Shown here in pieces: positions 39,940 through 53,385 of a stretch of 64,000 bases of DNA. Numbering within the stretch: the stretch's first letter is position 1; each line of letters starts with the position of its first letter. Where the stretch lies: assembly GCF_009834535.1 (NCBI RefSeq), contig NC_045696.1, forward strand, positions 12,464,001 to 12,528,000. The letters run 5' to 3'. The notes below the pieces were generated by a model that was not told where the DNA came from, did not search any database, and worked only from the letters and a program-made list of their open reading frames with translations. The position numbers were made by a program, and so were the translations under genes. The DNA is from Camelus ferus. Taxonomy: Eukaryota.

Positions 39940-40512
39940 CACTTTCCTCTAATATCACCTTAATCCAAGTCATCATAGTCATCCCTCACCTGAATCCTTA
40001 CAATTATCTTCCAGCTGCTTCTATTGCTGCTCTCTCTAAAACTTGTACTTCCCACAGCAGCCAGAGTGAGTTTCCTAAAACATAAACCAAATCATATCAC
40101 TTATTCAACATCTTCCAATGTCTTTCACCACACTCAGAATAAAATCCAGTCACCTTAGCCTGGTCCACAAAGCCCTATGTGATCTGTCCCCTCCACACTC
40201 CTTGGACCCAGATCCAATGACTCTCTTCCTTGCTCACTAGACTCTAGCTACACTGGACTTCTTTTTTGCACCTCAAACACACCACCCTTGTATCCAAATT
40301 AAGGGTCTGTGCCCTAGATATTCAGCCCTCTTAGGAAGTTTAAATCCCTAATCTTTTCATGACTAGTATCTTTTTAAATTCAGATCTTGTTTTAAATGAA
40401 GCATCCTCAAGGGGCCTCCCTCAATCACGCAAGCTAAAATAGTCCCTCAACCAACTGTTTATCACTTTTGCATAACCTTCCTTACCATTAGACAATTCTC
40501 TTGTTTGTTTAT
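39940..40512 (+). mobile_element. L2 fragment
   Basis: 'ccacagcagccagagtgagtttcctaaaacataaaccaaatcatatcact' and 'aaagccctatgtgatctg'. Confidence 0.8.
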
Positions 40513-43461
40513 TGCTCCATTTGTCCAAAGAAATCAATAAGTGAAAGCAATCCTGCTTCAGTAGATATCTGAGGCCCTTGGTAAATGCACTTCTTTATGT
40601 TTAGTTCAGGCATATGATAATGAGTTTGGAATATCCAAATGTCATTGAACTCAGTCTAATGCATGTACTATTAGCAGAGTAAGATATCAATGAAAAATTG
40701 TATGAATCCAATGATCATTAGAAAATATGTTTAGTTCCATGATTAGCAAAAAAAAAAAAAAAATCCAAATGAGTTTGTCCCTTGGTGTCATCAGCTTTAG
40801 GTCAGAAAAGACCAGTAAGATAGGACAGGTCCAGACATTGACCTATATTGAAACTGTGTTCACTGATTGGAATTGTTGTTGACCAATGAACGGTATTTGA
40901 AAATTAATAACAAAATGATGTCGTAAGTATGGAGTGAGCAGAAGGTAGAGCAACTGTGAAGAGAAAGATCAGATGAAACTCCAGAAAACATGTGGTTTTA
41001 TGTTATAGAAGATTGCAGTGATCTCACTGTCTTGCTCTAAGGCAATCAGAACAGGTCCTTATAATGCAAGAGGACTGAGTTAGCTATGTATCACAATCAA
41101 TATCCTTATAAGCCATTAATTTAATCATTTTAAAAGCAGCCAAATATTTTGTGCAAGTAGGGATCATTTCTGCCTTCAGACATCTGAAAAGAGGTGTGTC
41201 CACTAACCGCCTCCATGGTTATCTCCAGCAGTTTCTTTCTCTGCTTAGTTACTCACTTTGGAAGGGATGAAGACTTAATATTAGCCTCAGACAAATGAGG
41301 ATCTTTTTAATTATGGAATATGCACAAAAGTTAGAGATCAATGAAGCTGTTTTTTTCACCCCAGGTCAAGGAAAGCATAGGAATTGATTCTGAGAAGATA
41401 TTCTCTCAAGGAGAACTTATCAGGACCAACTTCCATCTATTTAGAAAGAAAAAAGTATTATTGACTTTTAACATACTTTTCTTAACTTTCCATTTTCCTG
41501 GAATCCCAGGGCTGCCCAAACCAAAACCTTTGTACAGGTTCAGAATTATTGGAACAAGTAAACAAAATCTGCTTGCAATTCATAATTTTAGTATAAAGGG
41601 CCCAATTTTGGAAAAGTGGTTCTAAACATTAGATTAATAGGTTAGATGTTCTTTGCAACAGGATTATTGTAGGTTTCTGAAAACACAAGTTTGGCAGCCT
41701 AGAATTCCTGATGCCAAGGATATGAAATGCTGAATATAAAAGCCAATTTCCAACTGCTTACTTCATTATCTGCTTGGCTCATGTACGTAGAAGATATGAA
41801 CTTGCTGAAAACATTGTCTTTTACTCTCATCACTCAACTCATGCTGCTTGAATACCCATCTTTAGAGTTTGTTGAATTCACCTGGAAGCTAATTCACTTT
41901 GAATTCAAATATATGCCAAAGAATTTCAATCAGCAGACATACTACAGAAAAATTACAGGTGTTCCTAAGGCACATTGTGGGCTTAATATGTCTTAGAAAT
42001 ATCTCTTTTTTTTTCTATTGAATTATTGTGTCAAAATGTTCTACATTAGGAAATACCCAGGTTCCTTGCCTTCCTCTATTTGTCTTCTCTATTTTTCACC
42101 AATTTCAGTGAGTACAATAAACTTTTCATTTGGAATCTGTTTTTGACAAACCAGCACAGGGAGAAAAATGAACGAATAAAAACTATTTGGCTAGATGCAA
42201 TTGCTTGTAACCATGATAGTGCCTAAATGCACAAAAATGTGCTATAAATAAGAGAAAAGTGAATCTGACCCTAAGTTTTTTTTTTTTTAATAATCCATTT
42301 GGATTCACTGAAGAGGGTAGGGAACATGTTTTCTTTTCCAAATCCATCTCAACTGAATTAAAAATTCTTCAAGGACAGGCAGCAGCTCAGACCAGTGGAT
42401 AGAACAGTGGAGATTTGAAAAAAAGATCAGAATAGTAGCCCAGGTATTTAAATCACCTTGTGACCTCTGCCAGGACTTCTTCTCTCTAGGCCTCAAGTTC
42501 CCATCTGAAAGATAAGGAGAATATTTGCTAGACGAGGTTGTGATGTGAATTGAAAATCTAAGCATCTGATCCATAGTAAGTTTTCAACAAGTATTAGCTC
42601 CCCATGAGCTGTAAAACCCAGCTCAGGGTTTTACATAGTAGATATTCAATAGATGTTTCCTGAACAAGATAAAACTGTAAACTATATCCATACTATGAAA
42701 TATCTATTATTATATAAAGAATAATTACCATTAGTGAAAGTTTTTGCAACTTCAGATTCTTCTAAACTGTAGATTGCTTCCAATTTCTCATTTGTACTTA
42801 CCCTATCTTCCTACTCACCCCTAAATCAAAATGGAAAATTAGTGCATAATTACTACCTATTGAAATGTATGAAAATTTACATTTTATATACCCATCTGGG
42901 TTTAATCAGGTAGACAAAGTCAACAACAGCATTATGGAAAAATAGACGGAATATAGAAATTAGGATTCCACAAATATAGAAAGATGCAGTATTGAAGGTT
43001 TTAGAAGATAGTGGCTGGAGCATCTCTCAGCTAGAGAGGGGAATAAGCCATGTATCCCTAGGAAGTTTGAGAAGCTGACACAACCATGAATCTGAACGAA
43101 GGTCCAACCATGGACCTTGTGGAGAGGTCTGAAAACCATTCCCTCTGCCACAACCTAGAGAAATCACGATCTGGGAAAGTCCAAAAAAAGTGCCAGAACC
43201 ACTAAGTGGAAGTTTATGGAGAGGTCTCGACACTAGCTGCATCTAGCCATCAGGACCTTCCCAGGATAAAACCTTCTATTTCATGTCCACCTGCCAAATC
43301 TCACTCAAGTTCCTCTCGTGGCAAATTCTAACTTAGCCCCACACAGGGAATGGAATCTAAGGGAAATGCTCATTGCCTTCAAAGGGGCTGTTGGTGATGG
43401 TGCCAAGTAAAAACAACCAACCCAGCACAGTCGATGCAATACTTTTGTTAACTCATTAACT

Positions 43462-43894
43462 CAGCATCCATCCTATTACTATAACCATCTTAAACCTCCC
43501 AGTGAAGACAATGACGTCATGCTTCCACCTAAACTAACGCAACTATCCTTCATACAGCCAATGACATGCTAGTCATTCAACAGAAGAAAAGACAGACAAA
43601 AGGTCCATATGACTCCCAATTCTTTACAATACAAAGCAAGATAAGTCCATTGTCCAGAGGCAATGTGAAACAAGGACTTCAGTGTAAGAAAGACCCAGGT
43701 GAAAATCCTGGCTCTCCTACTGGACCATTGTGTGACCTCTGATAAGTTATGTATCTCTCAGAGCCTTAACTTCTCCAACTGAAAAATTAGAAACCCTATC
43801 TTCTAAGATAGGTATTAGCAACATGAAATGCCTCACTCATAAAAAGTGCTCAGCAAGTCTTAACTTTTATAAATATTTATTTTAAGTGGCATGG
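43462..43894 (+). repeat. Source copy of a 433-bp exact direct repeat
   Basis: Identical on line-by-line comparison to 52292-52724 (offset 8830); includes a MIR fragment at about 43670-43865. Confidence 0.97.
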
Positions 43895-45143
43895 ATAAGT
43901 AAACATTTCTTGCTGATGACCTTTCCTGATGCTCAACAGCAAATTAAATTGTTTTCATATCCAAGTATGTATATGGTTGTATACTGCATAAACTTTCTAA
44001 AAGAAACGTTTGATGAAATTTTCAAAATTAAATCATCAATTTCTTGTTCCTGCTTCAGTAGTCGAAATATAAAGATACAGAAGAGTGTGATTAAACAGTA
44101 AAGAGTTGGCAGCAAAATGTAAGAAAAGGAAAGGCTAAAGATCTGAATTGTATACAGATTGCAAGATCAGCTCCTGAATAATAGGAAATTAATTGTTTAC
44201 TCAAAAAGGCAGCAGTCCTGTTGTATCTAAATTACGCCAGGGGTGACTTCAGAGAGGAATCAGCTTTCCCTACTACAAAGATCTAACCCATAGGTTTGTA
44301 ACTCAATGCTCTAACTTCATGGTCAGAGGAGGAAAGTCTCAACTCAATTATCCTACCAGAAAACACAAATTTGTTGACACTGGCAGGCTACAATACCCTG
44401 AAAATTTTAAGTGGAGAAAAAGACCAAAAAAAAAATCTGTGGGAGTCAGAATACTTGAGATGTATCTCTTCATAACTTGGATGGTTATTCTTTTATTTGG
44501 ACAAAGCATACTGAAGGTTTTTCAATGTTTGTATTGCAACTCATCCATACTTATGATATAATATCCAAAAGGCAGCCAGAAATCCCCACTTTTAAGGCTG
44601 CCAACCACAAAAAATTACTTAGCACAACAATGATCTTTCTTAACCATAAATGACGTTATCTTAGGCCAAACTTCCTAGATAGACTTGGATTGAAACTGTT
44701 TTGTACCCTAGGGCTATTGGGGGTGTAACATGCAAATTGAGAGAGGGGTGAAGTCAAACACAAAATGTAAGTGAATTAACTCTTCAAACACCTCAAATTT
44801 TTAATAGAATGGGACATGGACTTTTTGAACTGTAGGTCTCTGAAATTAAACAGCATTTCTTGCTATGTGTGCAAAAATCCTAGAAAGTGTAAGAGACTTA
44901 AAACAATGTTTATGATTCCAAAAAATCAAGGTTCCAAAAATATGGGTTGTGTAGACAAATTTTAAATAATCTCAGAAAAGAATTTCGCTCTAACAGTAAA
45001 ATAACAGTACTCATGGAAGAAAAATTACATTAGAGTCAAGTTACTCAAAACCCAAACACTTTGAAAACAAAGTCTCTCCTACAGGAACCCTTTCATTTTG
45101 GAACACTTCTAATGGCTGCAAACTTGTCCATCCACAGAGAAGG

Positions 45144-45178
<35 letters not shown>

Positions 45179-45210
45179 TACACACACATACATACACACA
45201 TACATACATA
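45144..45210 (+). repeat. (TA)n(CA)n/(TACA)n microsatellite
   Basis: Directly visible; source of the HTHTHT and VCVCV ORFs. Confidence 0.95.
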
Positions 45211-46399
45211 CTTCCCATTGTTTTTAATTTTACTTCCCAGGAAACTGGAAAAAAATATTTTTCTATTTGATAAGAATACCCAAAATGACTCCATGTCTTC
45301 TTTTCTCTAAGCTTAATGTGTACAATATTTCTTAATATTATTTAGGTTTCAAATCCCTTCTTTATTCTGTGTGACTTTCCTTGAAAAGATTTCAGTTTAT
45401 CAGTATCACCTTTTAAAGGTGGCATCCAAATGAAGTGTGATGAAAGAGGTGAGATCTGGTTATAGGCTCTTACCTGTCACCTCCTTGTCTCTGTGGCTTG
45501 CCTATCTACCAATGAAACCTACGGTCGAATTAGGTTTTAAGCAGACCTATTACATCATTGACTTGTCATGAGGTCATTATTAACCCAAAAAAAAAAAAAA
45601 CCCTCAGTCTTTTTCAGAGAAATATAATGTTAAGGAACATCTTGTCTCTTCTGTATTTGTTCCGTTGATGTTGAAATCATTGTAACAATTTACTTTAATC
45701 CTATTACATTTCATACTGTTAAACCTGGTCCTTTATTTCAACCTGATTCATGATCTTGATTCTGTCATCCAGTAAATTCGCTAAAACTTTCAAAGTCTGT
45801 GTTAACTCTGTGTTTCCTGAGCACACCCACAATGTTGAAAGCATAGTCTCAGACACTTACTGCACGTGACCAGACTCTCTGGCATTCAGAGATACTAATT
45901 ACTTTTCATAGATGCAACTTAGCATTCAAAGATTCACAAATTCTCCTAAATATATTACCATCCTGACCACATTTTCCTTCTTTGTCCACAAAGATATTAT
46001 CTCTGTACCATAAAAGGCTGGTATATTTTCCCCATCAATCAACCCAGAAGCTTTATTGAACAAAGAAATTAGGGAAATCTGAAAGGCCTTGTTTTAAGTG
46101 CGTTCATAATCACTTGCAGCAAGCAATTCTGGTTTTGCAAAGGGCTCAAAAGATATCTTTTAATTAATCTGAGTATTTTGTCCCAAATTGATAATCCAGC
46201 TCATCAATCCATAGTGTTCAAAATATTTGTTTTTATTTCAGGATATTCATACCTATTTTGGCAGCATTGCTCATTTCTAGGTTTTTAGCACCTCTATCAT
46301 TGCCCAAGACATTTCACAAAATGCCAAAAGAAGTTGGAATATAAAAAACCTTAGTAATGGTGCAATATATTATTAGATTTTGTTAGTGACTATATTGTC

Positions 46400-47280
46400 T
46401 AGGACTTTTGGACATTTGTTAATGTAAAATTGTACTGTAGTTTTTCTTCCTTTGGCTGGTTTGGTAGCAAGGTCTAGAGAACTTCCATGAAATGAGATTG
46501 GGTATTGCTGCTCCTTTACTATTTTTGGAATGATTTGTGAATGACTATCACTAAGTCTTTTTAAAATATTTGACAGAATAGAGAACCCATGTGGGTCTGA
46601 ACCCTTTGAAGGGAGGAAAATATAATTATGAATCAATTATTTAATAGTTAAAAGACTATTCTTTTTTTTTTTTTTTTACTTTTTTAGTATCAGTTTTAGG
46701 AAATTATTTTTTCTAAAAAATGGGTCTATTTCATCTAAATTCTGAAATTTACTGGTCTTGAAATTTTCAAAATATTTTCTTATTGCCTTTCTATTGTCTG
46801 CTGGATGTATAGTAATATTTTCTTCTTATATGATATTTATTATTCATTTTCTCTATTTTTTTTCTAATTAATCTCCTGAGGAATTTACCAACTTTTTTAG
46901 TCTTGTCACAAAAACTAAATCTTGACTTTGTCTTCTCTATTATATTTGCTCTGTGGTTAATTTCTCTTATTATCTGTTTTTTAAATTTCAACCATCTTTA
47001 TATTTTACTTGCTCTTCTCTTTCTAACTTCTTGAGATGGATGCTTAACTTACTAATCTTCCTATTTCCTTCTTTTCTAAAGCATTTAATTAAGTCTCTGC
47101 ATAGCCCTCCAAGTACTACTTTACTAATAACCTTCCACTGAGATACGAAATGTTTTATTAGAATTTCACTATCATATCATTCTTTCTCAAATTTTTGATG
47201 GCTTTTCTATTTTTTATTGATTTTTAAGTTAATTGCATGATGATCAGGGAATCTCTCTGTACTTTTCAATCTTTCTTGAG
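46400..47280 (-). mobile_element. Ancient L1 ORF2 remnant
   Basis: T-rich; minus ORF 46791-46991 (IEKTKSRFSFCDKTKKVGKFLRRLIRKK) resembles the L1 ORF2p segment after the endonuclease. Confidence 0.75.
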
Positions 47281-47384
47281 AAGAGCTCACCCTGAGTCTC
47301 TTCCACCTCATTTCCTGGTTCTAAGGAAGGTCTTCTATTTGTTTCTCCCCTACTTTGAAGACCCCTCATTTCTCTAGCTTAACA

Positions 47385-47595
47385 CTGCCCAAAAGAACTT
47401 TCTGTGATGACAGAAATGTTCTACACCTGCACTGTCCATTACAGCAACCAGTAGCCTCATGGGGCTATTGGACACTTGAAATGTGCCTAATGTAACTGAC
47501 AAACTGATTTTTTAATTTTATTTATTACTAATTAATTAAATTTCCATTTAAATAATCAAGGTGACCAGTGGTTACCACATTGGGCAGCACAGCTC
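47385..47595. mobile_element. hAT-Charlie MER3-like element
   Basis: 'agaactttctgtgatgacagaaatgttctacacctgcactgtcca' ... 'gttaccacattgggcagcacag'. Confidence 0.8.
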
Positions 47596-48596
47596 TAATC
47601 AACTTTTTCTCTGTCTGTCAGTCAGGATCCAGGCAGGCAGGTGTTATCTGAACAGAGAGAAAGTAGCATAAATAATTGTTACTAGATATAAATTTGTGAA
47701 GTAGAGAAAAAAGAGAACTTTAAGGAATCACAAAAGTGGCAACTGCAGGAAGTGGCTACCATTCCCTAGAGCTGAGGGAACAAAAGAAAGACCCCAGAAT
47801 ATATAAACTTAGAAATTTGAAGGAGAGGCCCCCATGAGCTGGGACTTAGACCCATGAAGAAGGAATAGGGGTGGGCAGAAGGTGGGGGTCACACAATGAA
47901 TCTTGTTTGACAATTGTGGGAAAAGCTTCTGCCATGTCATGAAGGAACTGCTGCTGCAAAGGTGAAGGAGTGTTGCTAGGATGATGGTCACAGGAACTTC
48001 AAGCAAACAGGAAGCCCGCAGGAACCAACAAGAAGCAGCAAGCCTCCTCAGGCTCCTCCAGCCTTGCAATCTCTCTTGCACCCCTTGCTGGCAGAGCCTA
48101 ACAGGACAAGCAAAAGGTGGCTTGCAGCGTCCAGGTCCCAACATCACCAAGCAGTTTCCTAGCAGAGTCAAAACTAGCACACTCTCCTATTTGCTTCTCC
48201 CTTCTCCCCCTTGTCTCTTACTTTCCCCAAGCCCAATCTTACGTGGTCTTTGGGAGAAAAAGCAAATCAGCAAACATGCATCTGAGAACCTTTCAGTACT
48301 AAGACCAATCAACAGTTTCTTAAATCTTTTTTTCAATTCCAGTGAGAAATAGAGGAGAGAAATTCATTCTCAATGGATGAGAGAGGAAAGACGAGAACCC
48401 ACGAAGAACAATCTGATTTAAAGATTGCCATATTTTAAACACTTTTTGTAAAGATATTGGTAGAGAGAAGTTTTCTACCTATAAAAGAGAAGCAGCAAGT
48501 GCAGTAATTGGGAGCTGACACCTTTGGTGTTGTGAAGTAGTAGCAATTGGTCAGGACCCTAGAGTGCACATGCCCATCCAAAGAGGGAAATAGGTG

Positions 48597-48768
48597 TGGG
48601 AGGGTGTGGCTCAAGTGTTAGAGTGCATGCTTACCATACACATGGTCCTTGGTTCGATCCCTAGTTCCTCCTCTAAAAAAAATAAATAAATAAGTAAACT
48701 TAATTAGCACAAGTTTATTTTAAATTTTTAAAATTAAAATCAAAAAAAAAAAAAAAAAAAAAAAAAAA
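48597..48768 (+). mobile_element. tRNA-derived SINE (Vic-1-like) with long poly-A
   Basis: 'ggggagggtgtggctcaagtgttagagtgcatgctta...ggttcgatccctagttcctcctct' followed by an A-rich tail and a pure A run. Confidence 0.9.
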
Positions 48769-50829
48769 AGGACAGTGGCTGCCCCACCAGCCGCAGACTG
48801 CAGTGTGGTAATGAGTCCAGTTCCCAGATGGCCTAATTTTCTGAGATGCCAAAAATCTGGATTTTTATGTGAAAGCTTCCAATTTCAAAATGTTGGCTCA
48901 AAAAAGTTTTAAACATTGTATAAGCCAAATGAAACACTGAGATGGGCCAAATCTAGCCTGTGGCCATGGTTTGGGACTTCTGCAGTGCAGCATGCAGACG
49001 AAAGGGGATCTGCGGGAACACCGAGACCTCAAGTATCACATCACATGGCCCATAAGAAAGAACAGCCTAGTTCAACATCGTGTGATAACCTGAATTTTAC
49101 TGCAATGTTGGCTTCTTATCTTAGGCTTTCTTTTTTTCTTTCTTTTGTTTCCTTTTCTTTGTTTCTCTTTTTGATTGTTGTCGTTGATGACGTTAAGACA
49201 AAGTCAACTTAACCTAGCATGGTCGGTCATTAAGATAATCACTTACTTCAGTGTGGAGTTAATTTAAAATGAGCACTTTAGGAGAAATAAATCAAATATA
49301 TAATTATAATTCTGAGGTTTTGGAATTGACTTCAAAAGAGTTGGCACCTCTTAAGTTTCACCGTGAGAGCAATAGTCAGTCACTGGAATATCTGGTAGGG
49401 TATGTACACTGGAGACAAATTGAAATAAACACCAACATATGTACATATATACACATATGCTGTTGTACATATAATATAATCATATATTAAATTCCATCGT
49501 CTTTGGCAGAAATTTCTGTACAGCTCTATTACAAAATAATAAAGTATATTGCAAAATAAAATGTGTAGACACTAAAACTGGAATTAAAAGTTTTGCAATA
49601 TTTGTCACTTTTCAGTAGGTTCTTTGATGGTTGATTCTTCATTTTTTTGGGTATCATAAAATCTTTTTTTCCCATATGGAAGTTTTATACATATTCCTAA
49701 GCCACATGGAGTAGACACTTTGACTTGTATGCAAAAGATTTGTGGCCTTTGCAAAGCCATTATAATTTCTCTTGTGGTGCAGATGAAGCCATAAATAAAT
49801 ATATGTATAAATAGTGTCATATGTTTCTGAGTATCTTACTTGCTCTTACTCATCAGAAGTAAATCACTACATAGGCCCACATTTTGAAGGAGCTAAAGCT
49901 AAAGGATGAAACTGTGGGTTTCATCAAATATAATATTTCTCTTCCTTTCCTACTTCCATTCAATTCGAACAAGTACTCTACCTACATTAACTACCATCAA
50001 CTATACCTGCACTGAAGTTTAAATTTATTAAAGAGGGATATTAGAGAGTATTGAAAGCATGATCTTTTTTCCTCTTAAAATCTGTCTTTTTTTATTTATG
50101 TAATCTAAAAAGAAGTTAATCACTCTGTTAGCAATCTAGCAGACTGTATCTGCAGATCTTCATCTTATGTTCTACATTTGCAGCGTGTCCTTCATGCCTA
50201 AGTCTCTAATAATACTCATTCCATAGGCTTAAATGCTCAGAAAGGAAAATGAAGTAAGCCTGTAGATTATAACAGCATTTACTAACATTGAATGTGAGAT
50301 TTTGATACCCCAAAAGGATAACTTCTTTTTATATTGATTTTATATTTACTTCGGTTTTTAAAATTAATATTTACTTATTAGAATAAATGTATAAACTTAA
50401 TTCCTTCCTAAACTTTTAGATTCAATATACAAAGCTTATTATTCCATTTATAACTCCAAAAATTATTAATGGTCATTTTTAAAGAGACTGTGATTAATTT
50501 ACAAGTACATGTAAAAATTTAGTTATTTAAGTTTCTTTAAATATTTCTTGATTGCATTTATATATTTAGGTACTTAATTGTCCAGTTTACCCGCCCCCCA
50601 AAAAAAAGAAAATTTTGCAAACCTTTAAGTAATTCTTCTGTAGGTAATAAGTTAAACATATAAATATGATAGACATCAAGTTCTCTTAAATTTTCAATAT
50701 TATTCATAAACATCAATCTTTGACCTTAAAATAACAGGTCCAAATTAATTATGTAGATTTTACATTTTGAATTAGAATTCCTTAAAGAAGTTGTGATGTG
50801 TATGTGTGTATATATATATATGTGGTGTA

Positions 50830-51068
50830 TGTATATATAACGAAATGTTATTTGGCTATAAAAAAAAAACAAGAAAATCCTGTAATTTGTGACTTTGATG
50901 GACCTTGAAGGCATTATGATGAGTGAGATAAGTCAGAAAAAGACAAATACTATATGATCTTACTTATATGGAGTCTAAAAAACAAAAAAACATCAAACTC
51001 ATGGAAAAAAGAGAACAGATTTGTGGTGACCAGAGGCCAAGGGCAGGAGAGGGAGTGGGGAACTGGAG
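50830..51068 (+). mobile_element. L1 3' fragment
   Basis: 'atggaccttgaaggcattatgatgagtgagataagtcagaaaagacaaatactatatgatcttacttatatggagtctaaaaa'. Confidence 0.85.
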
Positions 51069-51499
51069 TGATTAGATATTTACCCAAATATTATTCTAGA
51101 TGTTTCTATGAGGATGTTTTAGGTGAGATTAAATCAGTGGACTTTGCATAAAGAAGATTGTTCTCCAAGTGTGAGTGAGCTTTATTCAATCAGTTGAAAG
51201 CCTGAATAAACCAAAAGACTGGGTCTCTGCCTCACCCCAACCCCAAAAAGAAAGAACTTCTCCATCAGATAGCTTACAGGCTTTGTAACATCAACTCTTC
51301 CTGATTCTACTTTACACACTGCCTTTGAACTCAAAATGAAACATTGGCTCTACAGGGTCACTAGCCTGCTGGCCCATCCTGCAGATTTTAGACTTGCCAG
51401 CCTCCATAATCATAAGATCCAATCCCTTGTAGTAAATCTCTTTCTCTATATATGCACATCCTAATGGTCCTGGTTTTCTGGAGAACTCTGACCAATACA
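51069..51499 (+). mobile_element. ERVL LTR (MLT2-like), 5' clipped
   Basis: 'caatcagttgaaagcctgaata', 'gcctgctggcccatcctgcagatttt', ending 'tctggagaactctgaccaataca'. Confidence 0.85.
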
Positions 51500-51711
51500 T
51501 CCCTGTTGTTCTCCAATGTCCCTGGATCTTTGAGTTTGTTTCCATTTGTCTGAGCTTTGACTGGAAACAGATTGGAAATCAACTTCTTACTCTGTCTCCC
51601 ACCTATCCTTTTTTTTATATATTTCGTATGTATGATTTTGGTGAGAAAATTTTAGAAAGTATTTTCTGTGTTTAACTGTTATAGTTTTGATTATTTAAGG
51701 AAATCATTCAA

Positions 51712-53385
51712 TTTTTTTAATTGAAGTATAGTTGATTTGCAATGCTGTGTTAGTTTCAGGTATACAGCAAAGTGATTCAATTATACATATACATATGCAT
51801 ATATATATTCTTTTTCAGATTCTTTTCCATTATAGGTTATTGCAAGTTATTGAATTACCTGTGCTATAAAGTAGGTCATTGTTGTCCATCTATTTTAAAT
51901 ATAGTAGCATGTATATGTTAATCACCAACTCTCAATTTATCCCTCCCCCCTGCTTCTTTCCCCTTTGGTAACCATAGTTTGTTTTCTATGTCTGTGAGTC
52001 TCTTTCTGGTTTGTAAATAAATTCATTTGTATCATTTTTTTTAGATTCTACATATAAGCAATATTATATGATATTTGTCTTTCTCTGTCTGACTTATTTC
52101 ACTTAATATGATCATCTTTAGGTCCATCCATGTTGCTGCAAATGGTATTATTTCATTCTTTTTTATGGCTGAGTAGTATTCCATTATATATTTTTTATAT
52201 ATATATCTTACATTTTCTTTATACATTCATCTGTCAATGGACATCTAGATTGCTTTCATGTGTTGACTATTGTAAATAGTGCTGCTATGAACAGCATCCA
52301 TCCTATTACTATAACCATCTTAAACCTCCCAGTGAAGACAATGACGTCATGCTTCCACCTAAACTAACGCAACTATCCTTCATACAGCCAATGACATGCT
52401 AGTCATTCAACAGAAGAAAAGACAGACAAAAGGTCCATATGACTCCCAATTCTTTACAATACAAAGCAAGATAAGTCCATTGTCCAGAGGCAATGTGAAA
52501 CAAGGACTTCAGTGTAAGAAAGACCCAGGTGAAAATCCTGGCTCTCCTACTGGACCATTGTGTGACCTCTGATAAGTTATGTATCTCTCAGAGCCTTAAC
52601 TTCTCCAACTGAAAAATTAGAAACCCTATCTTCTAAGATAGGTATTAGCAACATGAAATGCCTCACTCATAAAAAGTGCTCAGCAAGTCTTAACTTTTAT
52701 AAATATTTATTTTAAGTGGCATGGGGTGCATGTATCTTTTCAAATTAGAGTTTTCTCTGGACATATGCCCAGGAGTGGGATTGCTGGATCATATGGTAAC
52801 TCTATTTTTAGTTTTTTAAGGAACATTCATATTGTCCTCCATAGTGGCTGCACCAGTTTTCATTTTCACCAACAGTGTAGGAGGGTTCCTTTTTCTCCAC
52901 ACCTTCTCCAGCATTTATTATTTGTAGGCTTTTTAATGATAGTCATTCTCATTGGTGTGGAGTGATACCTCATTGTAGTTTTGATTTGCATTTTTCAAAT
53001 AATTAGTGATGTTGAGCATCTTTTCATGTGCCTGTTGGCCATCCATATGTCTTCTTCAGAAAAATGTCTATATAGGCCTTCTGCCCATTGTTTGATTTTT
53101 TTTTTTTACATTAAGCCATATAAGCTGTTTATATATTTTGGAATATATTAATCCCTTGTCAGTCTCATCATTTGCACATGTTTTCTCCCATTCCATAGGT
53201 TGTCTTTTTGTTTTGTTTATGATTTCCTTTGCTGTGCAAAAGCTTTTAAGTTTAATTAGGTCACATTTACTTATTTTTGCTTTTATTCCCATTACTCTTG
53301 GAGATGGATCAAAAATTATATTGCTGTAATTTATGTCAGAGACTGTTCTCCCTATGTTTTCCTCTGGAAGTTTTAGAGTATCCAG
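51712..53385 (-). mobile_element. 5'-truncated younger L1 (ORF2 C-terminus plus 3' UTR), split by a 433-bp insertion
   Basis: Minus ORFs 53068-53292 (DLIKLKSFCTAKEIINKTKRQPMEWEK) and 52041-52226 (MEYYSAIKKNEIIPFAATWMDL) are L1 ORF2p; same family as 34782-35562. Confidence 0.93.
52292..52724 (+). repeat. Inserted copy of the 433-bp exact direct repeat
   Basis: Identical to 43462-43894; interrupts L1 between 'gctatgaaca' and 'tggggtgcatgtatc'. Confidence 0.97.

Noticed and set aside
52292..52724. L1 3' transduction or nested transposon as the origin of the duplicate
   Set aside because: The insert is internal to the L1 body and has no poly-A, TSD or terminal repeats; no donor L1 lies next to the source copy.
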